DNA of 62,815 bases, filler included, from Octopus bimaculoides (lineage: Eukaryota): NCBI RefSeq assembly GCF_001194135.2. It is 5 parts of 5 records of this genome, joined end to end, with 100 filler letters (N's around TTAATTAATTAA, not from the genome) between each part and the next. Parts side by side here need not be neighbours in the genome. Positions count along the whole stretch, not along the records: positions 20,843 to 25,149 come from NC_068986.1; positions 25,250 to 54,992 come from NC_068983.1; 3 more parts are not named here. One strand, written 5' to 3'. Within the stretch, counting starts at the first letter, position 1; every line of letters begins with the position of its first letter. This document shows, piece after piece, positions 22,735-31,871 of this stretch. Made by a program: the position numbers and the translations under genes. Below the pieces are notes generated by a model, which saw only the letters and a program-made list of their open reading frames with translations, had not been told where the DNA came from and ran no database searches.

Positions 22735-23941
22735 TACTTATAAGAACTAAAGGTATGTTTTTGCCGGTGTTTACAACGATAAACGCGTTCTTTAAACGTG
22801 TTTACAAGAGAATTCTCTGAGAAAAGGATGAGAAATTGTTCTTCGTTACAGAACGGACAAAAAAGATTTAAATTTTATCATATGGGAAGATAGAATATTC
22901 CATTCCAAATCAAATTGTTTATTATGTTACTTTAGAGACCAAATTAATTTACTAAGCCCAGTATTGTTGCGTTTATTGAGATATCTAAATGTAGAGTAAT
23001 TGTTAGATATTCTTTTCGACAACTGAGATGATGAACTAGCTGTGTAAAAAAAGACATCAGACCCGGAAGTAATTTTACATTGATAAACAGAGTTTCTAGT
23101 CTTAGAATTATTGCTAAGGAAACGAATGCGATTCGAATTTGTATCAGAAATATTAATATTGTTGTTATTATTGTTCAAAGAATGGGTAGCATTAATAATA
23201 TCAATGTTATTATTTTCATTAAGTGGATTTGTATTTAACAACTTATTGTTATGCAAAGAGATGATTTATGAAAGTTTTTTTGGTGTTTGAAAACCCTATC
23301 CTAATTCGGTGTGAATTGATAATGGAATGGTATCTTGAATTTTTGGGGAAATTCTTACGAAATTTTTGGGAATTCTGACGAAATTCATGAAACTTGTAAG
23401 GGAGGTTGGATTTGATCTGCTTACCATATGGAATTATCAACCAAACAGTTTTGCTAGGACACACCTTGTTATTGGGGTAATTATCATTAAAAGTCCTAGA
23501 CTTATTTTCATTACGTATAAAGGGATGTAAAGAACGGTTATCTCCCTTACGCTTTTCGGTTTAGTGTAGTTATTCGAACTAAAATTTATATTGTTAATAC
23601 CGTTATGACGTGTTTTCATGTCCTGATTAATAGAGGTAAAATTAATGTCAATAAGGTCAATATTGGTAATTTTTTTCTTTATAACCTGCTTTAAGAGAGG
23701 CAGAGTTATAAAATTCGGCTTTATCGTTGAAGGTATCAACATTAGCAGATAATCTAGAAAGTCTAAGTGAAATATTTCTAACTAAAATCCTTGTAATAGC
23801 ATTTGAATGATTACTGAAAGAGCTAATATATTTTAAATTAGTTGAGAGTTTATGGTATGGGAATAATGAATCATTATATAAGTTAAGGGTGATATCCAAA
23901 AAGTTGGCTTTAGTCATATCATCATCGAAAATAACGTTTAA
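22735..23941 (-). mobile_element. Penelope-like element ORF 3' half (RT thumb, linker, GIY-YIG endonuclease), frameshifted
   Basis: ANFLDITLNL..YISSFSNHSNAITRILVRNISLRLSRLS..; TVWLIIPYGKQIKSNL..FPKNSRYHSIINSHRIRIGFS; SVYQCKIT..YTASSSSQLSKRISN..TGLSKLIWSLK; CPFCNEEQFLIL..RCKHRQK. Confidence 0.9.
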
Positions 23942-24442
23942 GNNNNNNNNNNNNNNNNNNNNNNNNNNNNNNNNNNNNNNNNNNNNNNNNNNNNNNNNNN
24001 NNNNNNNNNNNNNNNNNNNNNNNNNNNNNNNNNNNNNNNNNNNNNNNNNNNNNNNNNNNNNNNNNNNNNNNNNNNNNNNNNNNNNNNNNNNNNNNNNNNN
24101 NNNNNNNNNNNNNNNNNNNNNNNNNNNNNNNNNNNNNNNNNNNNNNNNNNNNNNNNNNNNNNNNNNNNNNNNNNNNNNNNNNNNNNNNNNNNNNNNNNNN
24201 NNNNNNNNNNNNNNNNNNNNNNNNNNNNNNNNNNNNNNNNNNNNNNNNNNNNNNNNNNNNNNNNNNNNNNNNNNNNNNNNNNNNNNNNNNNNNNNNNNNN
24301 NNNNNNNNNNNNNNNNNNNNNNNNNNNNNNNNNNNNNNNNNNNNNNNNNNNNNNNNNNNNNNNNNNNNNNNNNNNNNNNNNNNNNNNNNNNNNNNNNNNN
24401 NNNNNNNNNNNNNNNNNNNNNNNNNNNNNNNNNNNNNNNNNN

Positions 24443-24519
<77 letters not shown>

Positions 24520-24546
24520 GTGTGTGTGTGTGTGTACACACACATA

Positions 24547-24640
24547 CACGTGGTCTGATCAATAAGTATCCGGACTGTTGTCATAGCAACGAAGCTAAGG
24601 CACGCAGAGTGAAACCACTTGGCACAAATTGACCTTGATC
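24547..24640 (+). mobile_element. Probable Tc1/mariner-type terminal fragment
   Basis: CGTGGTCTGATCAATAAGTATCCGGACTG after a TA/CA microsatellite resembles mariner-family TIR starts; no partner TIR seen. Confidence 0.4.
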
Positions 24641-25106
24641 AATCTGTGAGATGAATGAGGAATTTAAGCAAGGAATTTAAGCAAGTGGTATATAAAAAAA
24701 GATAATGTGGAGGGAAGAAGTTCAGGAAATACCACTCCCCTTGCTAATTTCTATGATTCAGCCAAAACAGCACTATTGAATACTACCGGTCAATGAATTT
24801 GCATAAATTCCTCATTCCTCACATGACCTTATATTTTCTTGTTTTTTCCATCTTTTAATACTTAATTGTCTCTACATTCATAATCTACTCTCATACTGTG
24901 ACCTCTCCAACGTTTACATGTACATGTCTCCAGCGTTTACATGTACCTCTTTGCGACAATGTAAACTTCCATTTATTCAAGATATCCTTGGCCTGAAGAG
25001 TTAGACTGCGGTATACACCTTGCCTGGATATTTACCACTTCTGAGGTTCCGCTGGTTATGAAACATATGTAGCTTGGCTCTTATCTACTCCATTCCGTAA
25101 CTCTTA

Positions 25107-25149
<43 letters not shown>

Positions 25150-25249
25150 NNNNNNNNNNNNNNNNNNNNNNNNNNNNNNNNNNNNNNNNNNNNTTAATTA
25201 ATTAANNNNNNNNNNNNNNNNNNNNNNNNNNNNNNNNNNNNNNNNNNNN
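25150..25249. other. Artificial scaffold linker N44-TTAATTAATTAA-N44
   Basis: Same 100-bp construct. Confidence 0.95.
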
Positions 25250-25424
25250 ATATATATAACATACAGAAAATTGCACTACTGGGTACTGCACACATTCTAC
25301 GCAAAACACTTTTAATACAGTAAACATAAGAGCACCACAGCAATCCACAGCACATACCCAAGGCGCACAGAGCTGCGCTCGGTAGTGAAGTGAAAGCACG
25401 TTATAAAAATAAAACTACTGAACC

Positions 25425-25426
<2 letters not shown>

Positions 25427-25485
<59 letters not shown>
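25427..25485. repeat. (ATA)n microsatellite
   Basis: Pure ATA run. Confidence 0.95.
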
Positions 25486-25486
<1 letters not shown>

Positions 25487-25840
25487 CTCTCTATTTTCCA
25501 CATGAAAAGGTGAATTACAAGGGCGGGTTGCAAAAACCAGTTGCGCTTTACATCATGTAAAGCAGATAACCAAAAGAAACAAATGAGTTGAGAATTAGAT
25601 TATTAAATATAAAAAATGTATAAAGTATGTTCACGAAAAGGAAGAGAGTGACCTACAGTAAATGTCCATATGAATCAATCGATATATACATATATGTCTA
25701 TGCGTATGTGTGTATGTATGTATGTATGTATGTATAAATCGAATGATTAAGACGCACATACATATACCCATACTGAAGTTTATGCATTTGTAACTGCTAA
25801 GTAATAATAGAAAAGGTCTCTGTGTGTATGATTGCGTTTC

Positions 25841-25909
<69 letters not shown>

Positions 25910-26089
25910 NNNNNNNNNNNNNNNNNNNNNNNNNNNNNNNNNNNNNNNNNNNNNNNNNNNNNNNNNNNNNNNNNNNNNNNNNNNNNNNNNNNNNNNNNNN
26001 NNNNNNNNNNNNNNNNNNNNNNNNNNNNNNNNNNNNNNNNNNNNNNNNNNNNNNNNNNNNNNNNNNNNNNNNNNNNNNNNNNNNNNNNN

Positions 26090-26310
26090 CTGTACTCTTT
26101 CACCACAACTTACTCTTACTTCCTGCTTCTGTTGTGCCTGTAATTCAAAGGGTCAGCCGTGTCACGCTGAATATCCCCGAGAACTACGTTAAGGGTACAC
26201 GTGTCTGTGGAGTGCTCAGCCACTTGCACGTTAATTTCACGAGCAGGCTGTTCCGTTGATCGGATCAACTGGAACCCTCGACGTCGTAAGTGACGGAGTG
26301 CCAACAACAT
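26090..26310 (+). mobile_element. 3' half of tRNA-derived SINE (family D)
   Basis: Near-identical to 43880-44327 and 50480-50734; ends GGAGTGCCAACAAC. Confidence 0.9.
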
Positions 26311-26311
26311 A

Positions 26312-26348
<37 letters not shown>

Positions 26349-26828
26349 CTTGTATGTATGTATTATGTGGTTGAGTGTATGTGAATGTTTATATCTGCAT
26401 GCTCAAATATATGTGGCTATATGCTTCTTTGCCAAATTCTGACTATCTATGTGTTCATATGTGCCTGCAGTCATTGCAACTGGTGTAAACGGAAGAATAG
26501 AGAATAAGATCGTTCACGGCGTCTAGTATCTAAATCCAATTTTATGCTTCATTTCACTTGAATCGATAAAATATATCTTTAATACCGGTGGGTCATTTCA
26601 ACCGATAGTAGACTAGTTAAATGCGAAGGAATTAGTTTGTGATCATATATGACTTTTACCTTGCAGTGATGCCCTATATGTAATATTTAACGTCGAAAGC
26701 TCTTTCACATGCAACCCATGAGAAGCAGAGTATGAATCTCATGAAATGATAAACCACAATCACTAGTGTAGTGCGAGACCAATAAAATAAAGTACCAGTC
26801 AAATCCCAGAATTACAACTAACCCAACT

Positions 26829-27002
26829 AAAATATAAGGACACAGATCGTATCGTATAGCCAGCTGGAGACGATGTCTCCAGGGGCTAAATTACAGCAAC
26901 ATTCGTCCTAAACCAGGACTGCCATGTTATTTTGGCAAACAATCTTTACTCCAAAGTACTGTTCCTGAACATCTCTCGTTGTGAGATTTAAAAATACTAA
27001 TT
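26829..27002 (+). repeat. 174-bp direct repeat, left copy (DR1)
   Basis: 164/174 identical to 31352-31525 by manual alignment; no TG..CA termini. Confidence 0.95.
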
Positions 27003-27043
27003 TTCTAATTTATAGATCAGTGACTAGTTGTCACTTTGAAAAC

Positions 27044-27091
27044 TATATATTTCGAACGGGAATTTGGCAGCGCCACCTCTAGCCGAACAAT
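27044..27091. repeat. Left arm of an interrupted hairpin element, ending in 17-bp target motif copy 1 (27075-27091)
   Basis: TATATATTTCGAACGGGAATTTGGCAGCGCCAC is an imperfect inverted repeat of 31326-31359; it ends in ACCTCTAGCCGAACAAT. Confidence 0.75.
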
Positions 27092-27805
27092 TTCGTTGTT
27101 TTTTGAAGAATACTAAGTGGAATTTTGTGCGAAGCCACCGTCGTTGGATGGAAGTGAATAGTGGAAGAAAAGAAAAGTTACGCGGAAGCTACTGGAGGTC
27201 GAGATACCATAGCCCTATGTGTGCTGAAGCCGAAAAGGATAGAGTGGGATGAGGAGAAGATAGCAAAATAATATGGCATGATAGAAAAAGAAGGGTCAAA
27301 CATAAAATGACCCTGCCAGAGGAGGAAAAAAGAAAAATGGAAAACAAAACGGTGATATTCAGAACATTTTCGAATGCAAATAGAATAGAACACGCGCCGC
27401 AGGAAGAGATAGAGGAAATATTGAAGGAACAAATGGGTGAAGGAATAACCTTCTTTACAAGAGGAAGGGGATACGTGACTATAAAAGTCACCTTTGCATC
27501 AGAAGAGGAGGCGAAAATGAACGACAACAGACTGATACTAGGAGAGAAATGGACGTTGGTGCCGAACTTTTGGAGCAAAAGAATCGTCAGGGTCAGGGTG
27601 GGACGAATCCCACCGTCAATAGACCCAGAATGGGTAATAGTCGCAATATTTAATTCAGAGCTGGTGAAGGGAAGTGAAAACCTGAACATTTGCATAGTAA
27701 GCAGAACTCATCAATTGAATTGAATTGAGGGGGATATAGTGTTGAAGTGATTTGCGCAGTAAGCCCAGAATATCACGACGATATTGTGCCTGTAATAAAG
27801 AATTA
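27092..27805 (+). mobile_element. Tx1-type ORF1-only unit 1 (ORF cut before the zinc knuckle)
   Basis: KSYAEATG; ENKTVIFRTFS..ITFFTRGRGYVTIKVTF..RIVRVRVGRIPPSIDPEWVIVAIF..GYSVEV; then directly the AATAAAGAATTA terminus. Confidence 0.8.
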
Positions 27806-27822
27806 ACCTCTAGCCGGACAAT

Positions 27823-29616
27823 GGCGACGAGCGACCTTGAACCCTGAGTTGAGTGAAGTTTGCGTTTGAGTATACGTGTAAATCGCTTTGTTGAAGGTCT
27901 TTCGTACTTACTGTTAATTAATTGAATTGCCGAATTATTATTTTTGCTTAATTGTTTTCTTCCTCATTTGTGGGTGAAGTTGTAACAAACGAAAAGATGG
28001 AGTCCCAGCCAGTCGGTAGCTATGCTGCAGCAACTGGGAAGGGTTTGATTGCGGATGTACAAGTGAGAGAAGTGAAATTTGAGGAGAAAAGATTGGAGTT
28101 TAACGAAATCATCGCAAAGGAGGTACCAGCCTGAGGCTGACCCCGCCTAAAGAAGTGACAGAGAAGACGACGAAAAGGACAGTAGTCTAAAGACCGCTGT
28201 CCACAGCAAACGGTAGAAATATCTACGGTGGAAGCAGTGGTGGAATGTCTAAAGGACATAAAGGAACTCACAACATTTTATACTAGAGGAAAGAAGTACG
28301 GAACAGTGGAGGTTCGGTTCGCGACCGAACAGGACGCGATAAAGTACTCCACTATGCCGTTGAGGTCATCAAGTGGGCACTACTGCCAACCTACTGTGGC
28401 AAACGTGCGGCCAGAGTTAGGATTGGCAAAGTGCCCCAGAGATCGATGAGCCGTGGTTGGTGGCAGCCATCCTCTTCAATACAGAGGAAGAAACAAGAAT
28501 TCTCAAGGTTACAAGAACAACAGAGGTAAACTGCTGGGGATACGGCCTCGAGGTGACGGTCCAAATCAGTTTCCCGGATTTGCATAAAACCACAGAAGAG
28601 ATTATATTGCTTGAGGATGTAAAACTGAGAGGGGTAGTGGAGGGAAGATCTTCCATCTGCTACCATTGCGGAGTACGAGGACACATGAAAGCGAGGTGTC
28701 CCCAGAAATACGAAGAGGAAGTAGAGCAAGAGCAGCAGGAAGAGGAAGAAGAACAAAGAGTTGAGGCACAAATGCAAGTAAGCAGAAAGAATACAGAAAA
28801 TGTGGGAGAAAAGTATACAGTAGGAAAAAGAAAGAAGAGAGAAGAAAACGTGAATTCGCCACCCAAGAGTCCGCTGGAAAAGAGAAAGGAGAATATAGAA
28901 GAGACTCAGTGTGTAAGACCAGCCATACCAAAGGGAATTATTACGGAGGAGAAAATAAGTGTGCGGAAAAGAAAGGAAGATAGAAGAGAGATACCAACAA
29001 CAACGAGTGAGAGAGATACAGAGAATGATGAGACACCGATACCAGGAATGTCAGAAGAGAATAATGATGGAAAGCGGGAAGAGATACCAAAAGGAAAACA
29101 CATTAGGACTATGATAAACTATTAAAAAAAGTGTGGAAATCAAGAAAAGAATTACAAAGATGAAACCTGTAATTAGAGTTAAGTTAGCGGAGAGTGAGTG
29201 TAGTGACAGCTACAAGGCATTTTTGCTTGAGAGAGTGAGAGGGGAGAGAGGTTGAAGGAGCTATTTGGAGAGAAAATCGAAATATCGCCGATACAGGTTC
29301 GGTACGATGAGTTGCCACCAGTGGTGTCATTTAAGGACTTAATAGAACACATAATGTAAATGAAAGTAAGTAAAATGTTTAAAATTTTAAATAGAGACAA
29401 ACGATGCACGAAGTGAACAGTGAACTCTAGGTTAAATGTTATAAATGAACAGTTATATAACACTGCCTGCGAGTGGGGAGCAGGTAAGACATTGCATTTT
29501 TCATTTTATCATTTAATCATTATAATTCATTATTTCATTCGTTATAAGTTTTATGTACCCCCACTGTGATGTGTTGTCTGTCTTTGTAAGAACCTATGTG
29601 ATCAAATAAAGAAACT
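27823..29616 (+). mobile_element. Tx1-type ORF1-only unit 2 (gag-like, CCHC knuckle, 3' UTR, poly(A) signal)
   Basis: ATG 27997 MESQPVGSYAAATG; TTFYTRGKKYGTVEVRF; VEGRSSICYHCGVRGHMKARC; E/K-rich tail; short extra C-terminal segment; no ORF2; AATAAAG at 29605. Confidence 0.88.
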
Positions 29617-29633
29617 ACTTCTAGCCGAAGAAT

Positions 29634-31244
29634 TGTTTCGTGCAGACGAGGTCTTTTTGCGTCGTGAATTGGAACAAGGTCGTCGTATCGTGTGTTGGAT
29701 TTGTGAATTGTTGTGTTGCGTCGCAGCGGAGTTTTTTTGGTGAAGCTGTCCCTCAACAGTTTGAGGAGGAATGGTTGAGACTTATTCGGACATGAGTGAG
29801 TCAGAGGAGTCATATTCGGAACTGTCGTCGTCTGAAGAGGAGCTGGTAAAATCTGTGAAGAAGATGGACAGAGCTATAAAAATGAAAAGTTTTGCGAAAG
29901 TAACAGAGGTGCCAAGGAAAGAAGTAAACCTCAAAATTTTGAAAAACTATGAAAAAATGCTAAAAAAAGGAAGGTGGTGACATGAAATTGTTACCACCAC
30001 AAGAAATACTAAGAGAAATAGAAGAAAGGAAGATTGTATACAAGGTCTATTCTGTCAAGGAGAAAAGGTTAGAGAATGAACAGACGGACGAAATTGTAAA
30101 GGCGTTGAGGCCAATCTGGCAAGATTGCCAGAGGAAACCAATACAGCATCGTTGAGGTGTATTTCAAGAACAAGGTAAAAACAAAGGAAAGCTCAGAAAA
30201 ATCAATGAAAATGGAAAGGGTAATCCTTCTACCCACATACCTTGGAAGAACTTCTTAGGTCAGGGTGGAGGGACCGCCCCCCTCCCCTGAAATAGACGTA
30301 GCTTGGGTGGCGGCGGCTGTGCTTCTAGGAAGCGAGAAAGAGGTCGCCGTACTCCAGGCTACAGGAACGGAAGCCACTAATTGGTACGGTGAAATTTTGG
30401 AACTAATAATACAGAGTGAGGTGGAAAACTTAGAGTTGCTCGCGGAAACGGTGACAGTTGGAGAAACAATGATGAAAGTGTGGGTAGAGGGCAGAATCCC
30501 TCGTTGCTATAAATGTAGCCAAAAGGGCCACATTAGAGCGGACTGCCCTCTGAAAAATAAACCAATCCAGGAAAGAGCAGAGAAGGAACTGGAAAGGATA
30601 GAAAAAAGAAATGAGGAAGATTGATGGCAAGATACGGGAAGAAAACAAAGGAAGAGGAAAAAGGACAGCTTAAGTGAACCCAAGCCCCTACCCACCCCAC
30701 CCATACCCTCAACCTCATCCTCCCCCTGAAGATACCAAACTCACCCATTCCCCTCCGACACAAAAAAGAAAAAAAGAGCAGCAGTCACACAAAAAAACGC
30801 AAAACGTCCTTCCCTCTTGTTTTGTTTGCGCCTTATTAAAAGGTGTAAAAAAGGATGTGGTAGAAAAGCTAATGCAATGGAAAGACGTAAAAGTGACAGA
30901 CATGAAGGGAATGAAAACAGAAAAAATGGTTTTAGGCGCATTGGTACCAGGACACAGAATGAAAATAATAAGAGACTGTAAAGAAAGCGCGGAATACAGA
31001 CAAATGGTATTCGACATAAATGAAGTACCGGAAGGAATAGATTATGATAAATTACTGGGCCTATACGGTATTAACTTTAATTGGATATGGAAGGGCGATA
31101 ATGATGCTGCTGAGTTGCACATTCTTCATACAGCATTATCATGTGTCATTCATATTTTCATAATTTTATTTTAATTGTTATATGTCCCCACATGTCTTGT
31201 GTTGTCCACTCTCTGTATTATAGTTTTATCGTGATAAAGAGTTA
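29634..31244 (+). mobile_element. Tx1-type ORF1-only unit 3 (gag-like, CCHC knuckle, extra C-terminal domain)
   Basis: KSFAKVT; RKIVYKVYS..RGNQYSIVEVYF; PPSPEIDVAWVAAAVL; VEGRIPRCYKCSQKGHIRADC; Pro-rich linker; CFVCALLKGV..LGLYGINFNW; GATAAAG at 31233; no ORF2. Confidence 0.88.
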
Positions 31245-31359
31245 ACCTGTAGCCGAACAATTATTCTGTGCTAATGAAGGGAAATAACCCGGAAATTGCG
31301 ATACACAGATATTGTTTTGAGTTGAGTGGGGGTGCTAGATTCCCTTGTTCGAAAATATA
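31245..31359. repeat. Target motif copy 4 plus remainder and right arm of the interrupted hairpin element
   Basis: ACCTGTAGCCGAACAAT, then TATTCTGTG..CACAGATATTGTTTTGAGTTGAGTGGGGGTGCTAGATTCCCTTGTTCGAAAATATA, which pairs back onto 27044-27091. Confidence 0.75.
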
Positions 31360-31525
31360 AGGACACAGATCGTGTCGTATAGCCAGCTGGAGACGATGTC
31401 TGCTGGGGCTAAATTACAGCAACATTCGTCCTAAACCGGGACTGCTATGTTTTGTTGGCAAACAATCTTTACTCCAAAGTCCTGTTCTTGAATATCTCTC
31501 GTTGTGAGATTTAAAAATACTAATT
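31352..31525 (+). repeat. 174-bp direct repeat, right copy (DR2)
   Basis: 10 substitutions relative to 26829-27002. Confidence 0.95.
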
Positions 31526-31643
31526 CACTAACTCAAAATTTCAGACTTTGGGCCTTGGCTAGAAACAATTACATATTTACAACACCAAGTAATTTGTAAA
31601 ATGAGAAATGAAATGTTTAGCAATGCCTACTTTGGCTCCAGAC

Positions 31644-31871
31644 CAGTGGTTCTCATCCATTTTTCGCCTGTAGACCCCTTTGGTCCCTATTTTACTCTAC
31701 TGGACTTCCATAACCATTCGATGCATATAAAAGAAAATCCTACTGAATTTTAATAATTATATATTATTAGGGATAGTATTTTAAAAATTTATTGTAGAAT
31801 ATAAGCAATGTATTACACATAAAGTTTAACAGCAGAATCTTATATGGACCCCCAAGGTTTGGGAACCACTG
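31644..31871 (+). mobile_element. hAT (Charlie-like) MITE with 8-bp TSD
   Basis: Termini CAGTGGTTCTCA..GGGAACCACTG; flanks CTCCAGAC / CTCTAGAC (7/8, NTCTAGAN-type). Confidence 0.85.

Noticed and set aside
27065-27085. CTCF-like site CAGCGCCACCTCTAGC
   Set aside because: Only the first 11 bp match the CTCF consensus; the sequence is explained as part of the hairpin arm and target.
27075-31261. CRISPR- or integron-like array (regularly recurring short repeat)
   Set aside because: The spacers are 0.7-1.8 kb retroelement units, no cas or integrase gene is present, and the context is eukaryotic; target duplication explains it better.
26829-31525. Conventional LTR retrotransposon
   Set aside because: No TG..CA termini, no clear PBS or PPT next to the repeats, no protease/RT/integrase, and the ORFs are of LINE ORF1 type.
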